This document shows positions 14,235 to 26,930 of a stretch of 64,000 nt of DNA, piece after piece. The DNA comes from Octopus sinensis. Lineage: Eukaryota. Positions within the stretch are counted from its first letter, which is position 1; each line of letters begins with the position of its first letter. The stretch is taken from assembly GCF_006345805.1 (NCBI RefSeq), contig NC_043001.1, positions 3,596,001 to 3,660,000 of the forward strand, read 5' to 3'. The position numbers and the translations under genes are program-made. The notes below the pieces were generated by a model. The model saw nothing but the letters and a program-made list of their open reading frames with translations, was not told the DNA's origin and searched no databases.

Positions 14235-15192
14235 GGAAGTGAACAGGAAAAACCATTTGTGTAGGAAGAAACAAACTTCTTAACCACAACGAAAAGAAAA
14301 TAAAACAAGCGTAATTAGCAGATTATGAAGAGGTAAATGTTTCTGGTCTTAATTAATTTTGTAACTTCCATGAATTCAATGAACTGATGGAGGATTAGTA
14401 ATCCTCTTTCAGATAGCATTGGAAGAATTAATACCATAATGTTTCTTCCTAGTTCCTGCAAGAACATAAAAAGGATTCAATACAATCTCATTTTGATAGA
14501 ACATTTTTCAAAAGAATACAACCTGCAGGAAGCCAAGAATCGTCTTTGTTCATCGAATTTGCTCAGTGTTTGAGATGTTTTTATTCATTAATAAACATGG
14601 ATGTAATAATGAAAGATTAAGTATGGTACTCTGTAGGCAACAAAACCCCGGAATTGGCAGATTAATTCTGTGAGCTTTGAAAATCTAAATCTCTTTCAAA
14701 ATAAACACATCCTTGTACAGCTTATTCATTTAACTCTTGTGTACCTGGCTCATATATTCTCCCTGTTTTATGTTCCAACTGGCCAGATCCAGCCTCTCAC
14801 ACCTACCCAACAACGTCATTCAGAATATAATCTTTACAATATAATGCTTGGGTAATTCAAAATGATGGGCATTTTTAAATATTAGATTCCACAGAATAAT
14901 CAGAATTCTCAGACGTTAAATGACTTACTATTCCTAACACTGTTGATGGTAATGCTTCAGTTTGAATGCTTGAACTACGCTATGTTGCTTAAAATAATAT
15001 TAGTAATAATGATTCTGTGAAATATCTATTAATTAGGTCTTTCAAATGTTATGCGCATGCGCATGAGGAAAGTTATTCGGGATGACTCACTGAAAGGAAT
15101 CAAAGTGTTAAATTAAATAAATCCAAATTTTTGACTGCCGCCTTTTTCTTAATTATATCAAAACTGTACACCACTCTAAACAATGTCATTAC

Positions 15193-15251
<59 letters not shown>

Positions 15252-15339
15252 GCCAGCATAGAAAATGGACGTTAAATGTTGATGATGATGATGATTTGTG
15301 TGTGTGTGTATATATATATATTCATATACATACAGATGA

Positions 15340-15645
<306 letters not shown>

Positions 15646-16590
15646 CCCACACCTCTCTTACATGTGGCATTGTAGTTTGTGCACATACATCATCCAAACA
15701 TCTTTCTACCATACATACAAGGCCTATATCAGGTAAGGAAAGGATTATTTGATTAGCTTGATCCTAATGCACAACAGGTATCTATTTTATAGTCTCTAGA
15801 ATGTTGAAAGGCAAAATCCTTCACAGCATTTGAATCCAAGTTGTAAAGTTGGAACTTATGCGCTAAGCATTTTATCTGCTGTGCTAAAGACTCAACAAGC
15901 TTACCACACACCCGTCCTCGCGGTGGCTAAGAAGTACACACGCATAAAAATACTCAGTATACTCTGTAAATTTGTGAGCATTAAGAAGGGCAGTCAACCA
16001 CAGAAACTAGGCCAAAACAGACAGTTAGATTCTGGAGAAAAACACCAGATCATGTCGAGCCATGCAACCCATATCAGCAGGGGTAACAGATGTTAAATGA
16101 TGAACCTGATGATGATGATTGCTCTACATTTTAAATTGATGTAATGTGTGCATTTTCATTTCAATGGAGTCGCATGAAACAATCGTCCTGCGTTACTTCT
16201 GGATATCCTTGTTGCTTATTTTGATTATAACCACCTTATTTTATATTATATGGATAATGCCATACTAAATTCTGGTGCCTTCAACTTAAGTACCACATTC
16301 ATCTGAATCTTTAAATATACATATATATAGTAAATTAAAAAATCAAGAACAGACAAAAGAAAAAATAACAACGCAAGAACGTGGTATATCCAAAGTATTA
16401 GCAGACGCTCAGGAAAAGAAAGTTGATTTTACGTTTCGAGAAAAGCACTTCTTAAGAAACAGGAGACAGACGAAAGTCCAAGGAAAAAGGAAAACGGAGA
16501 AGAAAGCTCGCCAATGATTCACATTTGGTTACATTTCGAAATGACCGGAAGGGAATAGTATTGATAAAATAGGAGATGGAATGTGTGATA

Positions 16591-16657
16591 GACTTTATTG
16601 GGTACAACACATGTTTCGACCCATTCTGGGGCTCTTCAGGAACACCAATAAAAAGTC
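16591..16657 (-). ncRNA. minimal type I hammerhead ribozyme motif, intact core (Penelope-like terminal repeat remnant)
   Basis: Minus strand: stem I arm, CUGAAGA, stem II G-C/C.U/CCC-GGG, GAAA, stem III AC-augu-GU, U17, complementary stem I arm (UUUAUUGG/CCAAUAAA). Confidence 0.6.
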
Positions 16658-16706
16658 TCACCAGAGATTTCCTGGGTTGGCTTAAGTACCATTATATATA
16701 TATATA

Positions 16707-16811
16707 TTAAAAATATAAGTTTATGAAAGAATGGAATTGAACGACTTGTTAACAAAGGAAATTTGTTAACAAGTCGTTCAACTCTATTCTTTCATAAACT
16801 TACATTTTTAA
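16707..16811. repeat. 50-bp inverted repeat (fold-back hairpin, 5-nt loop)
   Basis: Arms 16707-16756 and 16762-16811 with 3 mismatches; loop GGAAA. Confidence 0.95.
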
Positions 16812-16974
16812 AATAAACATACAAATTTCCGCACGAAAGCACGTAGTCTATGCCCTAGGGACGTAACTTCAACCGTGTTCTTTCTGATGTGAATTTGCTA
16901 CCCAGGTATCGGTTATCTTTCGAATTATCCTTAATAAGATAATTCATTCAACTACTCAAATATATATATATATA

Positions 16975-17755
16975 CTAGCAGCATAGCCCGGCGTTGCCCG
17001 GGTATGTAAGAGCCCCTAGTAGGCAACGGCTAATCCCAATCTAGTCCTTTCCCTCTAGGGAACGAAGGCGCATGTGTAGGTTGCAATGTCTTCTCTTCAC
17101 TCGAATACTTCTGTGTATACGAATGTTCCTAGCTGTCCCTTTGGGCGATAAAAAGGTCGAGTTGTGTCCCCTTGACAGTTTGTGTTTAATACACAAATCG
17201 GTTTGCTATGTGTGCCACATATGATTTAATTAACCGATTTTTTCCAGTAATAATGTATCCTATTGGAATAAAAAGGGCCATATAGATCCTTGGAGCAGAC
17301 ATGATGCTCGCTGTGAATTTTAAAATAAATTCCTGCCAATTTGTGAAAGATATTATCGAAAAGATGTCATCTTGAATTTGAACGCGATTTCCCAAAATGG
17401 CATGATTTTATCGATTTTTTCTGATGGTATGGTATTGCATGGAAAACTAACATCAGAGTTCAGTTTCTTCGGGTAATATTAAGCTTCACCATGAGTTTGG
17501 TGTAAATCGATTGCAAGTTGCGAAAACTACAACAGAAAATGTGTTGCATATAAAAAGCTTAGATTCTCGAACCCATGTTGAATTTATTAATTTTTTTCAG
17601 AACTGGGGGAACTTTTCAAAATTTTCGCTGCGTTAGTTTTGAATTATGACATTGGGCTATGTGTGTGTCAAGTTTCATCAGAATCGGTTGAAGGCCATGG
17701 TCAGGGTGGGGGTACAACCTGACAGACACACAGACACACAGACAGACAAACTGCC

Positions 17756-17790
<35 letters not shown>
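16975..17790 (-). mobile_element. non-autonomous Helitron
   Basis: Minus 3' end CCCGGGCAACGCCGGG hairpin then CTGCTAG|T; 5' end in (TA)n followed by AAACGGCAGTTTGTCTGTCTG; no ORF. Confidence 0.75.
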
Positions 17791-17797
<7 letters not shown>

Positions 17798-18039
17798 TCC
17801 CTATCATTATCATCATCATCATTTAACGTCCGGTTCCTCTACTGGCATGGGTTACAGTATGTGACTGAAAGTGGTAAGCCAGAGAGCTGTACCTGGTTTC
17901 AGCCTGATTTACACACACACACACAGACACACACACATATGTATATATATACATATACACGTATTCAGCATTGATATAAAAGATTGTGGTTAGTGGTAGC
18001 TTTGGGAATAATTACTGAAGACTGGCGTCTGGTAGTATG

Positions 18040-18235
18040 TCCTCTTCTACTCGAGGCACAAGGCCCAAAAGATTTTGGGAGGGGACCAGACGATTAGATC
18101 TGCCCCAGTACGCAACTTGTACTTAATTTATCAACCCCGAGAATGAAAGGCAAAGTGGATCTCGGCGAATTTTGAACTATTAAGCATTTCGCCCGGAATG
18201 CTAACGTCTCTGCCAGCTCATCGTCTTCTGTCTGG
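18040..18235 (-). mobile_element. S1 SINE, tail-2 variant
   Basis: S1 core with alternative GCCTTGTGCCTCGAGTAGAAGAG tail; partly deleted head. Confidence 0.8.
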
Positions 18236-18280
18236 TACAATATTGAAACAAGATGAATCCCACATGAGCTCACCCACAAA

Positions 18281-18320
<40 letters not shown>

Positions 18321-18689
18321 AGCGCGCGCATGTATGTGTGTGTGTGGGGGGGGGGTGCGTGTACTCATATCCTTTTAATGATGGTACTGCAGCTATTCTG
18401 GAGCACCGCCTTAATGTATTTTCAATTAGGTTTCGTTGTTGCTTTTTGACTGGAAGTTGGTCTATGATTGAGCTTTCTAGCAGCTGTCCTCCTCTGAATA
18501 CATCCTCCTTGAATGGTTGACGTCTAAGGTATCGTTAAAAGTTCATCCAATGAGTTTTTTTTCTGGGGCTTTTCAATGTTTCAGTTGAAGTGTCTTTTAT
18601 ATTTCTTTTAATTTAGATCGGTTGTTGAACAGTTGAGGGAACTCTAAATGTCAGATTGTTACAATAGAGTATTTCAGCCCATGATTTCG

Positions 18690-19054
18690 AAAGTAGTATA
18701 TTTGCAAGCTCAGAGTATATAAATGCTCGTGCATTAAAACTGTCTCCAGTACCGGAGTTTGGAACATGCCCCTCCACAGTTCTATATTTAAGAGATGGGG
18801 AATTATATACATTATTTACATTCGATGGATATTTGTCCTCATCTTGTTTGTTGTTAACACAACGTTTTGGCTGATATACCCTGCAGCCTTCTTCAGGTGT
18901 CCTGGGGAAATTTCGAACCTGGGTTCTCATTCCTAAGGTATTTTTCGATGTTATTATTATTGTTGTTGTTGTTAATGTTCAGGTCACTGCTTGGAATCGA
19001 AATTGGAATCTTGGGCTTAGTAGCCCTCGCTCTTAACCACTACGCCATATGTCC
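18690..19054 (-). mobile_element. composite short element: tRNA-like head + (AAC/AAT)n + hammerhead motif + tail
   Basis: A box TGGCGTAGTGG (19047-19037), B-box-like TTTCGATTCC (about 19003-18993); hammerhead fold at 18901-18856. Confidence 0.7.
18856..18901 (-). ncRNA. minimal type I hammerhead motif with G12A change (probably inactive copy)
   Basis: ACAC-CUGAAGA-A-GGCUG(10-nt loop)CAGCC-AAAA-C-GU-U-GUGU; stem I ACAC/GUGU, palindromic stem III. Confidence 0.65.
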
Positions 19055-19069
19055 CCCAACAATTTCCCC

Positions 19070-20225
19070 TATGAATGTGATAGTATATATTTCTCTTTGG
19101 TGTCAAGAGATTCAGCGCTTTCAGACATTCTCGGTAAATAAGACTTTTAACTGAAGGTATTTTACCAGTGAACATTCCTTGTAAACCTTCGATTTCTTCT
19201 GTGAGACCGGATGAGTTAGAAGATTAAAATTGTAAGCAGTAATATAAACTGCTCAGAACTAGGGTTTTCCCTAAAAATGAAACTAACTACCGGTTCCCTT
19301 GTCATGAATGTTTGTAGGATGCAGCCTATGAGTTTGCTGCATTTAAAGGTTAGTTTGATATGGCTGATGGAAAATGCATCATTTGACATGATTACACCTA
19401 AGTCCTGTATGTCATTAGTGCTCTGAATCATTATGTTACCTTGTGTCAAATATTGCGATTTGGGTGAATTCGTTTGTAATGAAGAAGCTGAAATTTTGAT
19501 GTTCTAATTTTCGTATTTTTTCTGGTTTAACTCCTAGCCATCGATATTCTTGTGTAATTCATTCCCTGATGTATACGACGTATTACAGGTAACTTAGAGA
19601 GAAATCCATTTGCAGTAATAGGTTGACACCTACCGTATAGGGAGTTAAAGAACCCTTCTCCGACTTTACCTATGATACCAAGATTTCTTAAATTATGATT
19701 CCATTATCGGTCTTGCCAAACGCCTTAACAATATCAAGGCTTTAACAGTCAATGATCTTTCTCCTTAAGATATTATTAGAGGTAGTGTTATGATGCTGTA
19801 AGAATTGTGAAAGGCAACTTCTTTCAGTCCGGAACATATACCGAGTGTCATCTAAGTTGTTTTCCTGCAGGTATGTTATTACTTTTTGTCTTCGGACAAG
19901 GCATTGGATAATTTTAGACGTGTAAGACGTGACGGAAACAGGTTTGTAATTTTTAGCTTCAGCACTGCTATCTACTTTTACCTATATAGGTTTTCTTATA
20001 GCTTCTTTCAATAGTCTCGGGAATATGGCGATATCTGGCGACTTTTGAAATAGTACCTTTAATGATTGCATGAGGTGGTTTTTGGACGTTTTTAGCAATA
20101 TCATTGGAATACTATTTGGTACAGATGCTGAGTTTGGGTTTAAATCATTAATAGCCGCAAGTATATCAACTTCCTTGATATTAATTTTAAGTTGTGTCTC
20201 TGCACTTGAGTTGTGTGATCTAAGA
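19070..20225 (-). mobile_element. degraded APE-type LINE RT (same group as 10020-12450)
   Basis: EVDILAAINDLNPNSA..IPMILLK, DIVKAFGK, DLGVIMS, EEIEGLQGMFTGKIP on minus. Confidence 0.8.
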
Positions 20226-20790
20226 ATTCGCTTGGGGCTGCGATACGGATTATGCACGGGGCTGCGATACGGACAGAGAATGCGACCTTCCGCCTGTTGA
20301 AACGAAAGTGTCGGGATAGAGTTTGCGATCATACCCACGAAGACCTCTATCCGGCGCAGGGGTGAGAATCTCCGCAAATAGTAGGTTTACATGTCCGTTG
20401 AAGATATTGAAAGTCGGATGAGATCTCCCTGAATCCTTTGAGTGAAAGCAATGCCAGTCGTTGGAGATGTTCCTCTTACACAAGCTTAGAGAAGCCCGTG
20501 CCCATTCGGGTGGCCAAGTGCTGAACCCTTTCCAGGTGCTGAATGTCTTTCTGGAGATATGGGTTTGAAGCATAGATGCAATATTCGCGGATGGGTCGAT
20601 CTAGAGTGATATATACAGGCTAAAAGACGTCCATTGAAAGGTTGGCAATGGATCGGTGGATGAGGAAAAGATTCCTTCTTGCTTTGTTCGCCGCCTCGAT
20701 ACCCTGTCGTGGTAGTTTAAAAGTAGTATCGATCGTTATGCCGAGATAGTTTTCTTCAGTGACCATCTTAAGATGTTGATGTTTGTGGCC
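20225..20790 (-). mobile_element. CR1-like LINE 3' fragment abutting or inserted in the preceding LINE
   Basis: YLGITID..AANKARR..EYCIYASNPYLQKDIQHLERVQ on minus; similar to 27555-28010. Confidence 0.75.
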
Positions 20791-20950
20791 ATCAGAGTGG
20801 TTGGCGTCAGGAAGGGCATCGAGCTGTAGAAACTCTGCCAGATCAGATTGGAGCCAGGTGCAGCCATCTGGCTCACCAGACCTCAGTCAAGCCGTCCAAC
20901 CTATGCCAGCATAGAAAGCAGACGTTAAACGATGATGATAATGATGATGT
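20788..20950 (+). mobile_element. RTE-type 3' tail fragment ending in (GAT)n
   Basis: GGAAGGGCATC..GCTGTAGAAAC..CCATGCCAGCAT..GACGTTAAAC(GAT)n; same tail as 30930-31740. Further copies on minus at about 17795-17910, 21595-21690, 23225-23462, 29205-29410, 50755-50935. Confidence 0.8.
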
Positions 20951-20970
20951 ATGTATTTATACATGCATAT

Positions 20971-21369
20971 ATGGCTGTGTGGCAAGTTGCTTGCTTACCA
21001 ACCACATGGTTCTGGGTTCAGTCCCAGTGCGTGGCATCTTGGGCAAATGTCTTCTGCTATTGCCTCGGGCTGACCAATGCCTTGTGAGTGGATTTGGTAG
21101 ACGGAAGCTGAAAGAAGCCTGTCGTATATATGTATATATATATGTATGTGTGTGTATATGTTTGTGTGTCTGGGTTTCTCCCTCTAGCATTGCTTAACAA
21201 CGGATGCTGGTGTGTATATGTCCCCGTAACTTAGTGGTTCAGCAAATGAGACCGATTGAATAAGTAATGGGCTTACAAAGAATAAGTCCTGGGGTCGATT
21301 TGCTCGACTAAATGCGGTGCTCCGGCATGGCCGCAGTCAAATGACTGAAACAAGTAAAAGAGTAAAGAG

Positions 21370-21370
<1 letters not shown>
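20971..21370 (+). mobile_element. full-length S2 SINE
   Basis: TGGCTGTGTGG A box, GGTTCAGTCCC B-box-like, CTTGGGCAAATGTCTTC CORE-like motif, internal (TA)(TG) linker, TAAAAGAG-type tail. Confidence 0.9.
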
Positions 21371-21419
<49 letters not shown>

Positions 21420-21481
21420 ATATATATATATATATATTATATATATATATACAGATATATATATATATTATATATATATAT

Positions 21482-21512
<31 letters not shown>

Positions 21513-21521
21513 TATATATAT

Positions 21522-21582
<61 letters not shown>

Positions 21583-22123
21583 CATCCCTATCATTATCAT
21601 CATCATCATCCTCATCATTGCTTCAATGTCTTTTCTCTCCATGCTGGCATAGGTTAGATGGTTTGACTGAGGCCATGCTGGTGCACTGCCTTTTGTGCAG
21701 AAAACTGACCCCAGGACTTATTCTATCTGTACTTATGCTGAACAACTAAGTTATGGGGATGTAAACATACCAGCATCAGTTGTCAAGCAATGTTGAAAGG
21801 ACAAACAAAGACACACATGGAGACACATAGACAGATAGATAGATAAGTTTCTTTATTGGCCACACAGGGCTGCACACAGATGGGACAAATTACAAGGTAG
21901 AGCTTTTCTTTTGTGGGATGACAAAAAAACAAAAATAAATACAAAAAAAAACAAACAAAACAAAGTGGCGTAGGTTTTTGATCAAAAGGGATCATAAAAG
22001 AGGAAAAAGGAAAAAAAAGAAACAAAAAAAAAAGTAGCATAGGTTTTTGATCAAAAAGGATCATAAAAGAGGAAAAAGGAAAAAAAAAAGGAAAAGAAAA
22101 ATAAAAAAGGAAGATAAAAGAGG

Positions 22124-22169
<46 letters not shown>

Positions 22170-23079
22170 TACATGTATGTCTCAATATATACAAATCTGT
22201 GTATAAACGTGTGAGTGTATTTGTGTTCCTTGTTTTTGGTTTTGCTTGAACTTCATTTATTTTATTATCAAATTTGAATGAACAGAATAAGAGAATAAAT
22301 GAGAACCTTATAAATAATCATTAAGAAAAAAATATTAGTTTAATATTTATGAAATATGTATAAAACCTCATAAAATAAACCCATACGTTCAGTTTTATTT
22401 CTATTTCGCTCATTAATAATGTATTATAGAAGAAAAGTCTCTTCATAAATAATATTGAAAGAATTAAAAGAAAATTTGTGCGTCAGTCTGGTGTGATTGT
22501 GGGGTTTGGGGTTCGACTTTGGGGCTATGTAGTCAAGGTTTCAGTCCCACTGTAGGACCACTGTTATCAAACATTTTCTAATATATTCTTGTGTTAACAA
22601 ACACATTGTGTGGGAAATTGCGATCAGAGGGAATTTTGCTATAGGAAAATTTGCTGCATGAAAATTAAATTATCTTTCTCTAATTGGTAGGTTCGTTGAT
22701 GAGATTGCCATTTTATGACTGTGGCTAACCTTTATTTATTTATGTATTTATTTATTTATGTTTTTGTAATTGATGGCAAACTTTCCTCTATGATAAATTT
22801 TCTGGACACAGGAAATTGGTACACAGAAACTAAAGAAGCATGTCACCATATGTCCCTCCCATCATCCACCATTCCCTACATCCACACTTGAACCCTTCCT
22901 AATTCTTACAGTTGTTACCTACCTCTCCTCCCTTTTTGTATTTCCCCATCTCTATCCCCCCCACCCATGTGCTCTTGTGAACCTACTCCTACTCACACTG
23001 CCAGTTCCTCTGTCTTCATTCACTTCTGCTTATTTCCTTCATCGAAGGGCCACCCAAATACTTCCGCAAGGCTATATAT

Positions 23080-23110
23080 ATACGAGGGTGAGTCAAAAAG
23101 TAATGCCGTT
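23080..23110 (+). mobile_element. isolated mariner-type TIR
   Basis: TA-CGAGGGTGAGTCAAAAAGTAATGCC in a (TA) context. Confidence 0.55.
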
Positions 23111-23499
23111 TTGTTTAGGACAGGTATAATTACCAACACAGGATATAATTACCAGCACAACTTCACTGGTCAAAGAGGAGCTGCAAAGAATATGGGTGCT
23201 GCTCCTTCGATCAGATCCAGTAAATCATCATCATCATCATCCTCATAGTTTAACGTCCATTTTCCATGCTGGCATGGGTTGGATGAGTTGACTGAGGACA
23301 GGCAAACCAGAAAACTGCACCAGGCTCCAATCTGATCTGGCAAGTTTCTACAGCTGGATGTCCTTCCTAATGCCAACCACTCTGAGAATGTAGTGGGTGC
23401 TTTTTATGTGCCACCAGCACTGACATCCACCATGCTCAAATGGTATTTTTTACGTGCCACTGGCAAAACAAAAGTAAATAAAACCAAGATGAAGATAGA

Positions 23500-23925
23500 C
23501 ATGACTGTGTGGTAAAGATGGTGCTTTTGAACCACATGGTTTCAGGTCCATTCTTATTGCATGGCACCATGGGTAAGTGTCTTCCACTACTGTTCCAGGC
23601 TGACCAATGTACTGGAAATGAACTGGGCAAATGGAAACATAGCACATATTTGTATGTGTGTGTATGTATATATGTCTATGTTTGTGTGTTTGTGCGTGTG
23701 TGTGTGTGTGTGTTGTGTTTGTGTTTGTCTCCTCTTCACTTAACAACTGGGGTTGGTTTGTTTATATCTCATAACTTGTAAGCTTAAGTAAAGAGAAAAA
23801 CAGAAATAAAATACACACTAGACTTCAAAAACTAAGTGCTGGGGTTGATCTGTTCATCCACCCCTCGACGTCATACCCTAGTATGGCTGTTCTCCAATGA
23901 CTGAAGCCAGTAAAAAATAAAAGCA
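23500..23925 (+). mobile_element. diverged S2 SINE
   Basis: Head, CORE-like motif, (TG)n linker and tail recognisable. Tail-only copies at about 27013-27155, 36510-36725, 49305-49500 (-), 53870-54068. Confidence 0.75.
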
Positions 23926-24654
23926 TAAAGTTAAGGAATTATCAGAACAGCAATGGTTTCCATCATACATCTGCTCACCATCTTTGAAAAACTGGATTAG
24001 ACAGGTTTAGACGCTCTGAGAAAGAAATGGCTTTCATGTTAGGTCTGTTTCTATCAAGGCTGATTTAGGGCAAACAACAGCATCAACAACAACAGCAACA
24101 GTATCAGTGATAATAGCATCACCAGCAAGAAAAAACCACAAATAGAAACATAACTCACAGAAACTAGTTTAACTTAAAAGAAGAAATTTTTGAAATAAAA
24201 TGAATTTTCTGTATATCAACTTGAACTAATTTAAAACAAAAAGAAAAGTTATGTTGAAATGATTTGAAAGATTATAAATAAATATGAACTTAAAACTACT
24301 TGATTATAAAGTGAAAGAGGAAAAATAGGAGGGAACCAAAAAATTAATTCAGATATTAGAATATAACAAAAAATACATAAAAAATATATTTTAATAATAA
24401 TAGATAAATTTATTAAATATTAAAACAAATAAATATCTAAAAACCATAAAATAAAGAATAATCAAACAACAGAATTTTTGCTGCTGGCAGAGAAGAAAAG
24501 AGAATCTTTGAGATATTCTTAAAGAATTTCTGTCTGGTCTTCTTTATTTCTTTTTTTTATTTCATTATTCTTCTAAGTTTTTTATTTTGCTTTTTGCTTA
24601 TTCGCATTTATTTTTCTCTACAGTTATTGATTTTCATATTTATTCATTGCACAT

Positions 24655-24685
<31 letters not shown>

Positions 24686-24989
24686 TCTTTTTTCTTACAT
24701 GAATGAAGCCTGCAGCAAAAATTAATGGAATATTATAGCAGAGAGGAATCTCTTACGATTATTATTTTATGGAGTTTTGCTGTTAATTTTATTTTTGTCT
24801 GTTATCATTGCTATCATCTTTGAATTGTAATAAGGCAGAACCATGTTAAATTCTATGGTTCTGGTCAAGAAATTTAAGCAATTGCTCAAAATCGGTTCTG
24901 CAACATTTGCAGTGTAACACCATTTTTTGTTTTAGCATTTATTTTTCTGTTTTCAAACTTAAAAGAACATTTCGATAATTAGATTTAAA

Positions 24990-25686
24990 TATTCATACAT
25001 TTATGCATATATATATATATATATGCAATCTTGCATACAAACATGTATGTGCATATATACATATGTGCATGCATCTGTATATACATGCATAGATATATAT
25101 ACACTTATATACATTCATGTATACATATGTAGATATAAAAATACATACACACAAACACACACACATATATGTATACATGCATACATATATATATATTTAA
25201 ATTTATATGTATATATATGTATATATATATTTGTATATGTTCAGATATATTTATATTTATGTATATATCTATATATGCATATATATATATACATATATAT
25301 ACAGACACATATATATTTATATGTGTATGTATGTCTGTGTGTGTGTGTGCATGTATGTGTGTATGTATGTATGTGGGCGTTTGTGTGGATGTGTGTACAT
25401 GGAGATCTATTAATTTATCTTTTCTCTTCATATGTTGTAAAAAATATACCACAGATCAATAAAGTATTATGCGATATGTTAATTGTTTTGTTTTTGTTAT
25501 CGTAATTAAGCATAAACACACACACACACACACACATATACATGCATACACTACAACATAGAAATTATCATAAACATATATTCATATAAAGAGGAAAAGA
25601 TGTTGATATACATATGCATGTGTGTGACTGTATATGTGAGTGTTTATATATATATAAAATATATTGTGTACTTTTGCATGCATGTT

Positions 25687-25741
<55 letters not shown>

Positions 25742-26200
25742 GTGTGTGTGTGTGTGTGTGCACATACATGCGCATAAACATTTGTATATATATGTATTTA
25801 TATTTGTATACATACACAAATACACGCAAGCATTCAAACAAATATTTATATGTTAGCATGTATATATATATATATACATGCATAAACAGACAGACATATA
25901 TGTATAAATACATTCATATTTATATATATGTATGCCTGTATGTATATATATATTATATACACACACACATGAATATGTATATATACATGCAGGCACACTT
26001 TGTATATGTACATAAATATATATGGGCATGTATGTATAGATGTATACATTCACAAACACATGCATTCACACACAAACAAATGCAAACACACAGACACACA
26101 TCCATAAACATATCCATGCATGAAGACAGACATACAGACACACCCAGAATATACATGCATACACACACCCAAAAGAACAGACATGCATATATGTACACAC
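24990..26200. repeat. 1.2-kb compound (TA)/(CA)/(TG) microsatellite field
   Basis: Directly visible. Confidence 0.9.
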
Positions 26201-26649
26201 ACTATCGAAATCAACTCCTCTTCACTAAATTGAGTATGAAATATTGTTGTTGTTATGATATTGAACACTTGATTGAACACAAACAGTAGCTAATCAGACA
26301 AACATATTTGAAGGAAATCACCCAGCTAACTCTCACCTCAAGGCTGGGCCTTTCAGCTCTGTTATAGAGTTAATTTAATAAGCTAACATGATTCAATTTG
26401 TTAGACACGCTTCTTAAATTATACCAAAGCATATCTGATTTGCATTCCTCAATCTATGGGTTTTGTTTGCTTCACTCCCAGATAGACAAGTGTTTATAAT
26501 ATTATGTCTGTATATTTGGAGTGTATATATTCTTTATACACACACACACAAACATACATAAATACATACCTTCGTGCATACATATACATTCGAAAATATA
26601 TGTCTTTAATGCACATGTATGTGTGTATGGTTGTATGCACCTTAGTATA

Positions 26650-26869
26650 TATGTCTGTCTATCTATTTATCTATCTAACTACTATCTTACCTATTTATCT
26701 ATCTGTCTATCTATCTATCTTCCTATCACTTAGTCTGTCAGTCTGTCTGTGTATCTATCTCTCTATCTATTTATCTATATATCTATCTATCTATTTATCT
26801 ATCAATCAATCTATCTATCTATCTACATATCTATATATCTATCTTTCTATCAATCAGTCTGTCAATCTT

Positions 26870-26916
<47 letters not shown>

Positions 26917-26930
26917 GTCTATCTATATAC
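26650..26930. repeat. (TCTA)n degenerate
   Basis: Directly visible. Confidence 0.95.

Noticed and set aside
21962-22090. 69-bp tandem duplication (and the 48-bp duplication at 49526-49602)
   Set aside because: Simple slippage in A-rich or microsatellite context; no further structure.
26430-26450. Octamer motif ATTTGCAT
   Set aside because: An 8-mer expected by chance in 64 kb of AT-rich DNA; no snRNA or histone gene nearby.
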